Below are positions 9,964 through 20,093 of a stretch of 64,000 nucleotides of DNA, piece after piece (positions within the stretch are counted from its first letter, which is position 1; every line of letters begins with the position of its first letter). The position numbers and the translations under genes were made by a program. The notes under the pieces are model-generated. The model ran no database searches. It was not told the origin of the DNA and worked only from the letters and a program-made list of their open reading frames with translations. The DNA lies in NCBI GenBank assembly GCA_963760795.1, contig CAVXEP010000032.1, positions 481,992 to 545,991 of the forward strand. The letters are read 5' to 3'. The DNA comes from an uncultured delta proteobacterium. Its GTDB lineage: Bacteria; Desulfobacterota; Binatia; UBA9968.

Positions 9964-10980
9964 ATGAAGATCGATATTGAATTCAATTCCGGCGCCCAAC
10001 TGCCGATGGACGCCATCCCGGAGCTGGCACGCCAAGCCGAAGCGCATGGCTTTGACTGTGCATGGGGCGGGGAAGCGAATAACAAGGATCCGACGGTGAT
10101 GCTGTCGGCGATTGCGGCGGTGACCCGGCAACTCAAAGTCGGCTCGGCGATCTATCATATTCTCGGCCGCACGCCGGCGACCTTGGCGTTGCAGGCGATG
10201 GGGCTCGACGAACTGACCGGCGGGCGATTTTTACTGGGCATTGGCTCGTCCAATCCGACCATCGCTAAATGGCATGGCCAAACCTTCGATCATCCGCTAG
10301 GACGCGTGCGCGAATACATCGAAATTGTTCGGGCAGCGATGCGCGGCGAAAAACTCGCCTTCGACGGCAAGTATTTCACGGCGCAGAACTTCAAGATGGC
10401 GTTCAAACCTTCGGGGCGAACCCTGCCAATCTATCTGGCCGCGTTTGGTTCGCAGATGACTCGGCTCGCCGGGCGCATCGCCGACGGGGTCGTGATCAAT
10501 ATGGCGAATCCGACCGAGATTCGCCGCATCGCCGATGAGGTGCGGGCAGGAGCGATGGAAGCCGGCAAGGATCCGGCGCAGATGGAGATCATCTGCAAGA
10601 TTCGCTGCTCGATCGCGCCCAACTATGACACCGCCCGCGAAGCGCTGAGCCATGCGCTGACTTACTATGCGCTGGCCGATTATTATCGCGATCTGTTAGG
10701 ACGAATGGGCTTTGCCAGCGAGGTCGAGGCCATGCGTTGGGCCTGGAAATCTGGCGGATTTCACGCCGCGCGCAAGCTGGTTTCCGATCGCATGTTCGCG
10801 AGCTTGCCACTGGTCGCCGCGACTTCGGCCCAGCAAGTGGTTGAGCAGATCAAGCCCTATGTCGAAGCCGGCGCGACCCGTGTGATCTTACCCTATGTCG
10901 CGGCTTCAGACGATGTGGTCGGCGAGATGAAGAGTTTTATCGACTACTGGAGCCCGGCTGTGACAACTTCTCTCGGCTAG
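9964..10980 (+). CDS. LLM-class flavin-dependent oxidoreductase
   Basis: AEAHGFDCAW, LDELTGGRFLLGIG, IYLAAFG, AGRIADGV. Confidence 0.88.
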   Translation: MKIDIEFNSGAQLPMDAIPELARQAEAHGFDCAWGGEANNKDPTVMLSAIAAVTRQLKVGSAIYHILGRTPATLALQAMGLDELTGGRFLLGIGSSNPTIAKWHGQTFDHPLGRVREYIEIVRAAMRGEKLAFDGKYFTAQNFKMAFKPSGRTLPIYLAAFGSQMTRLAGRIADGVVINMANPTEIRRIADEVRAGAMEAGKDPAQMEIICKIRCSIAPNYDTAREALSHALTYYALADYYRDLLGRMGFASEVEAMRWAWKSGGFHAARKLVSDRMFASLPLVAATSAQQVVEQIKPYVEAGATRVILPYVAASDDVVGEMKSFIDYWSPAVTTSLG

Positions 10981-11003
10981 GCTAGCTAAACACGGAGTAA
11001 CCC

Positions 11004-11405
11004 ATGCCCTTCGAACTGATCAACCCAGCCGGATTGGAACCGCCTGTCGGATATGCACATGTCGCAAAGATCACCGGCGGCACCATGGTTCATATCGCCG
11101 GCCAAGCGCCCTTCGATGTCCATGGCCAGGTGGTGGGGAAGGGCGATTTCGTCGCGCAATTCACCCAGGTCATGAGTAATCTCAAGACCGCAATCGAGTC
11201 GGTAGGCGGCAAACCCAATCAGTACGCGGTGTTGACCATTTATGTGACTCAACTGGAAGCCTATTGGGGTAACACCAAGCCTTTAGGTATGGCCTATCGC
11301 GCGGTGTTCGGCAAACGCTTTCCAGCGATTACGTTGGTCGAGGTCAAGCGCCTGTACAACCCCGATTGCATGTTGGAGATTTCCGCAATCGCGGTGTTAG
11401 ATTGA
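11004..11405 (+). CDS. RidA/YjgF family protein
   Basis: GYAHV, HIAGQ, FPAITLVEV, LEISAIA. Confidence 0.88.
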   Translation: MPFELINPAGLEPPVGYAHVAKITGGTMVHIAGQAPFDVHGQVVGKGDFVAQFTQVMSNLKTAIESVGGKPNQYAVLTIYVTQLEAYWGNTKPLGMAYRAVFGKRFPAITLVEVKRLYNPDCMLEISAIAVLD

Positions 11406-11522
11406 CTCGCGGCCGCTGAAGGATTTTTACTGCGCGATTTGACATGTTTTGCGCTCCATCAAACAAAACTAGCCCATTCTGCCGGCGTTGCCACCAATCA
11501 TTTGGTAGCCAAATTACGCAGT

Positions 11523-11556
11523 TTCAACTAGTTAGTTGATTGGCCCGCCAATTGCT
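11523..11556 (+). promoter_or_regulatory. Sigma-54 (-24/-12) promoter with an adjacent IHF-like palindrome
   Basis: TGGCCCGCCAATTGCT (11541-11556) matches TGGCACG-N4-TTGCW with one mismatch; tcaacta-gt-tagttga immediately upstream. Confidence 0.6.
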
Positions 11557-11598
11557 CATTGAATGGCCATCATATTCCAAAGGTGGCTGCCTACTGAC

Positions 11599-11805
11599 AT
11601 GTTGCGTACCGATGAGATTGCCTTACTGAACCAGCGCGAGCCGGATCTATTCGAAACCGTAACCGAGGAAGAGATCATATATCTCTGGCGTTCGATCAAG
11701 GGTCGCGGCCTTTCCGAGGACGAAGCCTGGCAGGCCGTGGTGACGGGAATGGCCCTCGACATGGCCTTTGCCAAGAGCAAGTGTTACGCCCAGACCGAGC
11801 ATTAA
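11599..11805 (+). CDS. Small hypothetical protein (68 aa)
   Basis: ATG 11599 follows aaggtgg and lies downstream of the sigma-54 site; acidic helical sequence. Confidence 0.55.
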   Translation: MLRTDEIALLNQREPDLFETVTEEEIIYLWRSIKGRGLSEDEAWQAVVTGMALDMAFAKSKCYAQTEH

Positions 11806-11977
11806 AATAGCGACTTAGTATTCGCCTCTCCGAGTCATCTCAGCAAGTCCAGTTCCGCCAAACGCCGCTTCTGCACTCTGCGTTGAAGTAAGGCTTTGGC
11901 CTTTTCACGGGCCACACTTCATTGATTTTAGCGCATAAATCTGTTTGAATCTCCTGGTGTTTGATTAGGAGATTCCA

Positions 11978-12172
11978 ATGTCACGGATCACCGTCGAAGA
12001 CTGTTTGGACAAGGTTACGAATCGTTTTGAGTTGGTTATGCTGGCTTCGAAGCGAGCTCGCCATCTACTCAAGGGTGCCAAGCCGCTGATCGATTCCGAG
12101 AATCGCGAAGTCGTGGTCGCTCTACGTGAAATCGCCGCCGGCAGAGTGCGCAAGGTGCCGGAAAACCCGTAA
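11978..12172 (+). CDS. rpoZ: RNA polymerase omega subunit
   Basis: [32 protein letters not shown]; RBS aggag. Confidence 0.95.
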   Translation: MSRITVEDCLDKVTNRFELVMLASKRARHLLKGAKPLIDSENREVVVALREIAAGRVRKVPENP

Positions 12173-12299
12173 TTCCCGAAAACTTAACTCAACCACCGTG
12201 GTCAAGCGGGCCTTGAGATCTATTTGCCTAGATCGAATCGAGGCCTTGGCGTGAGCCGCTAGATCGCGGTCTTTGGTGGTGAGGGTATTGACGCCGCTC

Positions 12300-13256
12300 A
12301 TGGCCGAAGAAGATAAAACTCCCCAAAACGAGCTTCCTTTCGCCGACTTCGATCTGCCCAAAATCGTCGATGAGGAAGAACCGGACAGCAGCCACAAGGC
12401 GCTGGTGCCGTTCGATCCGCTGCAACGTTACCTCGCCGAGATCCGCCGCTTTGCGGTGCTCAGCCGTGAGGAAGAGCATAAGCTTGCGGTCGAATACAAA
12501 GAGTTTGGTAATATTGAGGCGGCCTACAAACTTGTCACCGCCAACCTGCGCTTGGTCGTCATGATCGCCCGCGAGTACCAAAAATCCTTCAAGACACTGC
12601 TCGACTTGGTGCAGGAAGGAAATATGGGGCTGATGGAAGCGGTGAAGAACTTCGATCCTTACCGCGGCGTGCGTTTCCCATCCTATGCGGTTTGGTGGAT
12701 TCGCGCCTACATGATCCGCTACATCATGAACGATTGGCGCATGGTCAAGATCGGCACCACGCAAGCCCAGCGTAAACTGTTTTTCAATCTGCAGAAGGAA
12801 AAAGCACGCATCGAGGCCGAGGGGTTGACGGTGGGACCGAAGCTGATAGCCGAGCGCTTGAACGTCAAGGAAGACGAAGTCATCGAGATGGAGCAGCGTT
12901 TGGCCAGCCGGGACTTGTCGGTGGACATACCGGTCGGCGACGATGGCGAGGCGACGCTGCTGCACTTCCTACCCGACAATAAGCAGAATCCGGAAGAAGA
13001 GTACGCCGAAAACCAGTACCAGCAGATGCTGCGGGAAAAAATGGCACAGTTCGCCACGGGATTGAAGGACAAGGAGCTGGTGATTTACCGCGAGCGTTTG
13101 CTCAACGAAGACCCGCTTACCCTGCGCGAAATCGGCGATAAATATGGCATCAGCCGCGAGCGCGTGCGCCAAATCGAAGAGCGTGTCAAGAAAAAATTAA
13201 AGACTTATCTGAGCAAGGAATTCAAAGATACCGCCGACACGGGCGGCGCCAGTTGA
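12300..13256 (+). CDS. rpoH: Sigma-70 family factor, RpoH (sigma-32)-like
   Basis: DLVQEGNMGLM, YAVWWIRA, RpoH box QAQRKLFFNL, ISRERVRQIE. Confidence 0.88.
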   Translation: MAEEDKTPQNELPFADFDLPKIVDEEEPDSSHKALVPFDPLQRYLAEIRRFAVLSREEEHKLAVEYKEFGNIEAAYKLVTANLRLVVMIAREYQKSFKTLLDLVQEGNMGLMEAVKNFDPYRGVRFPSYAVWWIRAYMIRYIMNDWRMVKIGTTQAQRKLFFNLQKEKARIEAEGLTVGPKLIAERLNVKEDEVIEMEQRLASRDLSVDIPVGDDGEATLLHFLPDNKQNPEEEYAENQYQQMLREKMAQFATGLKDKELVIYRERLLNEDPLTLREIGDKYGISRERVRQIEERVKKKLKTYLSKEFKDTADTGGAS

Positions 13257-13377
13257 CCGCGGCAAGGTTGTCGCGCCCATCTCAAACCATCGATCGTGTG
13301 GGCAAATTCGTGCGGTTCGCTTGCGAGGATCGGCGTCATTTGATAGCAAAATTAGATCGTCATTCGGAGGAACGTCT

Positions 13378-13830
13378 TTGCAGTTTGAAAAACAAGTAGA
13401 AATTCTCGCGCCCCGCGAAAAGGTCTGGAAGTTTATCTGGGATATCGACCGCTTTATCGCCTGCGTGCCGGGATGCAAGGATGCGAAAACCGTCGAAGAA
13501 GGTAAACGCTACTCGGCGACCATGGTGGAGCGGGTGGGTCCTTTCAAAGTCGAGTTTCCGACGACCATCGAAGTCTTGGAGCGCGAAGAACTGACCCACA
13601 TCAAAGCCCAGGCCTCCGGTGCCGACAATAAGATCGGCAGCCGCATGAAGATCGATCTCGACGTCAATCTGCGCGAGGAAAACAACAAGACCGTGGTGAG
13701 TTTTATCGCCGGCGTGGATATCTTGGGCAAGCTCGCGGCCCTCGGCCATGGCATTATCAAACGCAAGGCCGATCAGGTGCTCGATGAGTTCGCCCAGGCG
13801 GTTAAAACAACCTTAGAGGGAGACAAGTGA
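13378..13830 (+). CDS. coxG: CoxG/SRPBCC family protein
   Basis: TTG start after ggagg; CVPGC, VGPFKV, GKLAALG..IIKRKA. Confidence 0.8.
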   Translation: MQFEKQVEILAPREKVWKFIWDIDRFIACVPGCKDAKTVEEGKRYSATMVERVGPFKVEFPTTIEVLEREELTHIKAQASGADNKIGSRMKIDLDVNLREENNKTVVSFIAGVDILGKLAALGHGIIKRKADQVLDEFAQAVKTTLEGDK

Positions 13831-13831
13831 C

Positions 13832-14683
13832 ATGCTCAGAAGGTTTCGATTGGAAGAACCCGAAAGTGTCGCGGAAGTCTCCGAACTGCTCGGCCGCTTT
13901 GGCGATAGCGCGAAGATCTACGCCGGCGGCACCGAGCTCTTGTTGGCGATGAAGGAGGGGCTGATCCACTACGAACGGTTGATCAACGTCAAGCGGCTCA
14001 AGGGTCTCGGCGAAGTGGCCGGGGATAACGGCACGATCAAGATCGGCGCTCTATGCACCCACCGCCAGTTGGAAACCTCATCGCTGTTGCAAGAGAAATT
14101 ACCGTCGCTGGTCAAGCTCGAACAAAACGTCGCTAATGTGCGCGTGCGGCAAGCCGGCTCCCTCGGCGGCAATCTGTGCTTTGCCGAACCCCACGCCGAT
14201 CCGGGAACCCTGTTGATGGCGCTCGGCGCCAAAATGATCGCCGAGAAAACCTCCGGCAAGCGCGAGATCGGCGCCGAGGATTTTTTCGTCGACGCCTATG
14301 AAACCTCGCTGCAAGCCGATGAACTTCTTACCGAGATTCGCGTGCCTGCGCCCGGCGCCAACAGCCGCAGCGCCTATCTCAAGTTTGGTTATTTGGAACG
14401 GCCCAGCGTCGGTGTAGCCATAGCTTTGACGCTTAACGGTGGGAGCGTCAACGATGTCAAAATCGCCGTTGGCTGCGCCGGTCCGGCGCCCAAGCGCGTC
14501 GCCGAAGCTGAAGCTTTACTGAACGGCAAGAGCAAGGATGAGGCGGTGCGTCTATTGCCGCAGGCTGGGGGCATCGCCGGCCGCGCTTCCGAAGCGATCA
14601 GCGACCTGCATGGCGCGCAGGATTATAAAGAACATATCGTCGGCGTGTTGTTGAAACGCGCGTTTAACAGCATCGTCAGTTAA
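13832..14683 (+). CDS. Xanthine dehydrogenase family FAD-binding medium subunit (CoxM/CutM-like)
   Basis: AGGTELL, VRQAGSLGGNLC, HADP. Confidence 0.9.
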   Translation: MLRRFRLEEPESVAEVSELLGRFGDSAKIYAGGTELLLAMKEGLIHYERLINVKRLKGLGEVAGDNGTIKIGALCTHRQLETSSLLQEKLPSLVKLEQNVANVRVRQAGSLGGNLCFAEPHADPGTLLMALGAKMIAEKTSGKREIGAEDFFVDAYETSLQADELLTEIRVPAPGANSRSAYLKFGYLERPSVGVAIALTLNGGSVNDVKIAVGCAGPAPKRVAEAEALLNGKSKDEAVRLLPQAGGIAGRASEAISDLHGAQDYKEHIVGVLLKRAFNSIVS

Positions 14684-14730
14684 GCTACGCTGCGCAAACG
14701 ACGATATCGCAGACGACTGGAGATCTATTC

Positions 14731-15237
14731 ATGTCCAGAGCAATGACCCGACCCGCCGATACACAAACCATTCCGGTGTCCTTTACCCTTAACGGCAGAT
14801 TGCAGGAAATCGATGTCGAACCCAACGAGCTATTGCTCGATGTCGTGCGCGATCGTTTAGGCCTGACCGGTGCCAAGCGCTCCTGCGACGTGCAGGTGTG
14901 CGGTGCCTGCACCTTGTTGGTCGATGGCCGGCCGGTGAGCGCTTGCACGACCCTGGCCTTCGAAGTTCGCGGCCGTTCGGTCATGACGATTGAGGGACTA
15001 GCCGACGACGGCAAGCTCCATCCGCTCCAGGAAGCGTTCATCGAGTATGGCGGTTTTCAATGCGGCTTTTGCACGCCGGGAATGCTGTTAGCGTCAAAGG
15101 CGCTGTTGGACGAAAATCCCAACCCGACTGAAGAAGAGCTGAAACATTTCATGCACGGCAACCTTTGCCGTTGTACCGGCTATAAGAAGATTATCGAGTC
15201 GATCATGGCCGCTGCTAAAAAAATGCGGTCTCGCTAG
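14731..15237 (+). CDS. Xanthine dehydrogenase family 2Fe-2S small subunit (CoxS/CutS-like)
   Basis: CDVQVCGACT...C, QCGFCTPG, NLCRCTGY. Confidence 0.93.
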   Translation: MSRAMTRPADTQTIPVSFTLNGRLQEIDVEPNELLLDVVRDRLGLTGAKRSCDVQVCGACTLLVDGRPVSACTTLAFEVRGRSVMTIEGLADDGKLHPLQEAFIEYGGFQCGFCTPGMLLASKALLDENPNPTEEELKHFMHGNLCRCTGYKKIIESIMAAAKKMRSR

Positions 15238-15245
15238 AGCTCACT

Positions 15246-15338
15246 ATTACAAATTCCAAATCTCAGATTCCACATTCCGGATTTGGAATATGGAATTTGT
15301 AATCTGGAATGCTAAACGCGCGCAGCGTGCGCGTTTAG
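15246..15338. repeat. Heptamer-built inverted repeat plus GC hairpin between convergent genes
   Basis: attacaaattcca...tggaatttgtaat formed from aaattcc/agattcc/acattcc units and their complements; ctaaacgcgc...gcgcgtttag at 15312-15338. Confidence 0.6.
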
Positions 15339-16762
15339 TCCTCGATGCCGTATTCTTTCCACCGGCTCGCGACTAACTCCAGATGTTCCCTAGGCGGTAG
15401 CGATATCGCCGGATACTTGTGTTTTCGCGTGGCGTCGATGGCCATGCGCGAGCCGACGTAACGACTCGGATGATGCTGCAGCACATCGGCGGGAGCCTGG
15501 GATGGGTCGAGGCCGACGGCTTGGACATCGCGTTCGATATAGACATCTTTGTCGGGCCGGACATGCCAGCTCATCGCCCAATCCACCGCGAAATCATCCC
15601 ACACGTCGATGTCGTCGTCTACGATCACCGTAATCTTGCCGAAACCGGTACGCTGTGACCATGCGCCGTACATCAGCTGACGCACTTGGCCGACGAACTC
15701 TTTCTTGAGGGAAATGACGAGAAAGGCGCCGCTGCCGCCGGCTTCTTTCAGGCGCAAATCTTTGATGGGAATTCGCAGCGTGTCTTTGAGATGCTTGAAC
15801 AACGGCCACTCGCGGCCGATACCGCGGATGCAACTGGATTCCGACGGCGGCATCTGGCTGATGAACGCCTGATAGAGCGGTTGGTTGCGGTAGGTCATAC
15901 ATTTGATGTTGAAGTACGGTTCATTACCGGCCGGTCCCATGTAGCCCGTGTATTCGCCGAACGGTCCTTCGTGTTCGAAAGCATTGGGCGGAATCTCGCC
16001 TTCCAAGACGATCTCTGCCGTGGCCGGAACTTCGAGGGGCACGGTCTCGCAGGGCACCATGTCGACAGCAGCACCGCGCAGCGCGCCAGCGACGGCGAAT
16101 TCATCCAATGCCTCGGACATTTTGGAAACCGAAACGTAGCCGATGGATGGATCGGCACCGATGACGACGGCCACCGGAGTCGGTTGGTTTTTGTCGTTGT
16201 TCTTGTACATATGCCAAGCCATATCCTGGCGCTTGCCGATCAGCAGCCCGGTTTTGTTCGGCCCTTTGACTTGCATACGATAGGTGCCGACGTTACGCAC
16301 GCCGGTTTCGGGATCCTTGGTGATCAGATAGGGCGACGTGAAAAATGGCGCGGGATCTTCGCCGACGGTCCAGGTGGGCACCGGTAGTTTGGTGATGTCG
16401 ACATCTTTGCCGTGCAGGATGTTTTCTTTGCAGGGCGCATCCTTGGCTGAAACCATGCGCGGCGGAATGGGATTGCCCAGGGCATGGTCCCATTTACGGT
16501 TGATGCCTTCGACCGTTTCGGATTGCAGGCCCAGAGCATAAATCTCGCGCGACGCGCCGAGCACGCCGGCGACGACGGGAATATCGAAGCCTTTGACGTT
16601 TTCGAAGACCAGCGCCGGCCGTTTGTTCGGTGGGATTTTCTTGAATAGCTGGCGGCAGACCGCGGCGATTTCCCAGTCTTTATCGACTTCCTTAGTGACG
16701 CGCTTCAACTTGCCATGTTTCTCCAGCGCCGCGACATATTCGCGCAGATCGGCGTAAGCCAT
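15335..16762 (-). CDS. UbiD family prFMN-dependent decarboxylase with canonical motifs
   Basis: RNVGTYR, AEIVLEG, EGPFGEYTGY, VDDDID, IDAT. Confidence 0.93.
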   Translation of the reverse strand: MAYADLREYVAALEKHGKLKRVTKEVDKDWEIAAVCRQLFKKIPPNKRPALVFENVKGFDIPVVAGVLGASREIYALGLQSETVEGINRKWDHALGNPIPPRMVSAKDAPCKENILHGKDVDITKLPVPTWTVGEDPAPFFTSPYLITKDPETGVRNVGTYRMQVKGPNKTGLLIGKRQDMAWHMYKNNDKNQPTPVAVVIGADPSIGYVSVSKMSEALDEFAVAGALRGAAVDMVPCETVPLEVPATAEIVLEGEIPPNAFEHEGPFGEYTGYMGPAGNEPYFNIKCMTYRNQPLYQAFISQMPPSESSCIRGIGREWPLFKHLKDTLRIPIKDLRLKEAGGSGAFLVISLKKEFVGQVRQLMYGAWSQRTGFGKITVIVDDDIDVWDDFAVDWAMSWHVRPDKDVYIERDVQAVGLDPSQAPADVLQHHPSRYVGSRMAIDATRKHKYPAISLPPREHLELVASRWKEYGIED

Positions 16763-16925
16763 GAATCCTCCCTATCACCCAAAGAGAAAAGATTCTTTGA
16801 TACTAAACAGAAAATCGTTTAACTATCAACGATTCCAATATGAAATGATTTGTCGAAGAGTCGCGAGAGTCGCACGTTGCGCTGGTGCGCCCGGAAAAAA
16901 CTTGCGGTGATGAAGTGAGGTTTGT

Positions 16926-17850
16926 TTAGGCGCGGATCTCGGCGCGCATGAAGATTATGTAGGAAATGCCGAAACAGACCGCCACCAGCGCGAACATGGT
17001 GGTGATATGGGGCCAGATCAAGCGTCAAGCTCTGATCGAGTGCCAACGGCGTCGGCAAGATGCCTTCGGCCTGGCTTTGCAGCGCCATGCCGAACACCCG
17101 GGCCGCAGGATTAAGCAGAATGCCGACGCTTTCATTGAACAAAGTACTGGGCGAGATACGCCCGACGATGTTTTCGATATCTGATTTGCGCGCCAGCGCC
17201 TCCGGCGTGCTAGCGTCGGGAACGACCATGCTGGCGACGGCGCCGCTGATCACAGCGACGAACAGCGAAAGAAATAACCAGACCGCGATCGAAGCGAGCG
17301 CCGCGGTGACGGTTTTCTGAAATAGCAGCGAAAAAAGCATTGCCAGCGCCAGCCAAAAGCCGACGTAAAAGACGCCGACCATGGTGAAGATGATCATGCG
17401 CCAGAGCTCTTCGGCATTGGGTGGGAAGCCCAATAGGGTTATGCCCAGCCCGATCACCAGGAGTAGAATCGATCCCCATAATACCCCGACGGTGGTCAAG
17501 CCGGCGAAGAATTTGCCATTGATCAAACTGTCACGGTAGATCGGCTGGGAGAGCACCCGGCTCAGGGTGCCGCGGGCGTATTCGCCGCTGATCGAATCGA
17601 AGCCCAGAGTGATGCCGACCAGAGGGCCGAAGAAACCCAAGAAGGTCGCCAGAGAAAATAACGTGTCGCCGCTGGAGGTGAGCAGAAGTAAGAAGACATA
17701 CTGGGTCGGCACGGTATCGGTGTTGGCGCGGATCGCTTGTCCGGTAGCATAAGCCGCCCAAAGCCCGGAGAAGACGATGAGGATCATCAGGATCATGAAA
17801 CGCCGGCTGCTAAAGTGATCGGCAAGCTCTTTCCAGAACACCACGCTCAT
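16926..17850 (-). CDS. ABC-2 type transporter permease; frameshift near 17020
   Basis: LGFDSISGE..RGTLSRVLSQPIYR...GKF; corrected C-terminus IWPHITT...FMRAEIRA* ends at 16926. Confidence 0.85.
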
Positions 17851-17852
17851 TT

Positions 17853-18786
17853 TTACGCCTCGCGAAAGTACTTCAAATAAATCTCTTCAAGGGTCGGGTC
17901 TTCGGAACGCAACTGCAGCAGGCCGAGGCCGCGGCGGGTCACCGCGCCAACGATTTCACCGCGCACGTCTTGTGTACAGCGGAGAAACCAGCCATGGCTA
18001 CGTTTCTCGATTTCATCGACGCCGACGATGCTCTGGAGTTCTCGATCGAAGCCATCGACGTTGCCGGTCACTTCGAGCAGAAAATTCCAATTGCGGCCTT
18101 TTAAGATCGTTTTGCCCAAGGTATCGGTTTCGCCTTGGACGATCAGCTTGCCTTTGACGATGATGCCGACCCGGGTGCAAATCTGCTGCACCTGTTGCAA
18201 TTGATGCGACGACAGCATGACCGTCAGGCCATGCTCGTCGATTCAAGTTCTTGATCAATTCTAAAATGCGGATGGCGCCGTCGGGGTCGATGCCGAGGGT
18301 CGGTTCGTCGAGAATGATCGCCGTGGGTTTCTTGACCAATACCTCGGCTATGCCAAGGCGCTGCTTCATGCCGCGGGAAAATTCTTTTACCAGGCGGCGG
18401 CCATCTTCGCTGAGACCGACTTGCTCAAGCACCTCGGAGGTGCGCCGGTGTGCTTCCTCTTCCGGGATGCGGTTGAGCCGAGCCATGTAGAGCAAATTTT
18501 CGCGCGCGCTAAGATCGTCGTAGAAGCCGGGACTCTCCGGCAAATAGCCGACCCGTTTTTTGACCTCGATAGACTCGGTGGTCGGGTTGAAGCCGCACAC
18601 CGAGACTTGGCCGGATGTCGGTTCCGTCAAGCCCAGGAGCATCAAGATGGTCGTGGTCTTGCCCGCGCCATTGGGGCCGAGAAAGCCGAAGATTTCGCCC
18701 TCCTCAATCGTCAGATTAAGCGCGTTGACCGCGAGTTTTTCGCGGTAGCGCTTGCTGAGATTTTTGGTGTCGACAACCGTGCTCAT
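17853..18786 (-). CDS. ABC transporter ATP-binding protein; frameshift near 18235
   Basis: GPNGAGKTT, FSRGMKQR, ILDEPT; LSSH switch in the second fragment. Confidence 0.9.
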
Positions 18787-20015
18787 CGACGACCTAAGCG
18801 GAAAAATACAATCGCAAGTCCGAGCACGACTAAGCCGACGATGCCGAAGCCGATCCAGCCCCAGATCGTCGGTGTCGACACGGTGACGCGGAATTCCACG
18901 GACTTGGTGACTTCCGGCGAATTGGCGGTCAGCGTCAACAGGTAATCGCCGGCGATGGTGCGGTCCGGCGCCAGGACTTCCATCTTGATTTCGCGCACCT
19001 GGCCGGGCTCGATCAAGTCGATCTTGTCGGGCTTGAACTCGACGGTCCACTTGTCGCTGGGCTTTTTGGTGACGAAGCTCAGATTGCGAACCGGCGCGGT
19101 GCCGGCGTTGCCGACGACGAAATCGACCGGCGATTTCTTGCCGGCGGTAACGGAAGTGTTCAAGGTGCCGGCCAGTGACCCCATCTTGAGATCCTGCGTG
19201 CCCTTGAGGCTGACTTTGACAGTGGCCGAAGCCTCAAACGCACCGGAGCGCGCCGTTACCGTGATCGGTTGCTCTTTGGCGTCGGCCTTTACCGGGGTGT
19301 CGATCTCGACGCTAAGGGTTTCCGAGCCGCTCTCTTTGAGTTGGATCGACGAGATCTGTTGGTCGCCGAACTGCGGCTTGAAACGGAGCGTCCAACCGGG
19401 AGGGGCTTGGGCGGACAGCGCGGTGGTCAGCGGTTTGTTGGTTTCGTTCTTGAGATCGACGGTGAATTTGAGCGTCTGGCCCGAGCCGGTGCTGAGCACC
19501 GGATACTGGCTGGTTAGCTTGAGGCCGCCGGTATCAACTTTCTTCGAAGTGACGGTGATATTGAGGGTTTCGGCATACTGGGTCGAACCATTGGTGTCTT
19601 TGGCGCTGACCTTGACTTGGTAGACTCCGGGACGGGTTGCTTCAGGGATCTTCGCTTTGAATTCAATGGTCGTCGATTTTTCGCCGCCTTGGACTTGCAC
19701 CGAGCGTATCGGAAAGCTCGGATAGCGGGAATTAAAATTAACATCCCAGCCTTTCGGCACCCCATCCAAGCCGATAGCGACTTCGACAGGGTCCTTGCGC
19801 CGGTTGACGATCTCGGTATCCATCGTCACTTCTTGGCCTTGACCGACCGTGAGATTCTTGAACGGCAAGATCAAATTGAAAGTTTCTTTTGGCGGGGGAG
19901 TTGTGTCCGCTTCAGCGGCGTATCCGTTGGCAAGGAAACCAGCCGCAGCGATCCAAACCAGCGCAAGCGCAGCGAGCACCATCGACGGGCGACTTCTTAC
20001 AGCCCAAACCCTCAT
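18783..20015 (-). CDS. COG1470/NEW3-domain Ig-like repeat protein with C-terminal membrane anchor
   Basis: Signal peptide, three Ig-like repeats (PKGW, PPGW, AGDY), C-terminal TM helix ending FFRLGRR. Confidence 0.78.
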   Translation of the reverse strand: MRVWAVRSRPSMVLAALALVWIAAAGFLANGYAAEADTTPPPKETFNLILPFKNLTVGQGQEVTMDTEIVNRRKDPVEVAIGLDGVPKGWDVNFNSRYPSFPIRSVQVQGGEKSTTIEFKAKIPEATRPGVYQVKVSAKDTNGSTQYAETLNITVTSKKVDTGGLKLTSQYPVLSTGSGQTLKFTVDLKNETNKPLTTALSAQAPPGWTLRFKPQFGDQQISSIQLKESGSETLSVEIDTPVKADAKEQPITVTARSGAFEASATVKVSLKGTQDLKMGSLAGTLNTSVTAGKKSPVDFVVGNAGTAPVRNLSFVTKKPSDKWTVEFKPDKIDLIEPGQVREIKMEVLAPDRTIAGDYLLTLTANSPEVTKSVEFRVTVSTPTIWGWIGFGIVGLVVLGLAIVFFRLGRR

Positions 20016-20093
20016 ATATTCAACCCCCTCCAGGACAAATTTGTTGCCGATAATTAACCATTATCAGTTTCACCGTCAAGGCCTCTTGCGAAA

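Noticed and set aside
13378-15237. Aerobic CO dehydrogenase
   Set aside because: No CoxL is present, so the AYXCSFR signature cannot be assessed; M, S and G subunits are shared by many molybdenum hydroxylases
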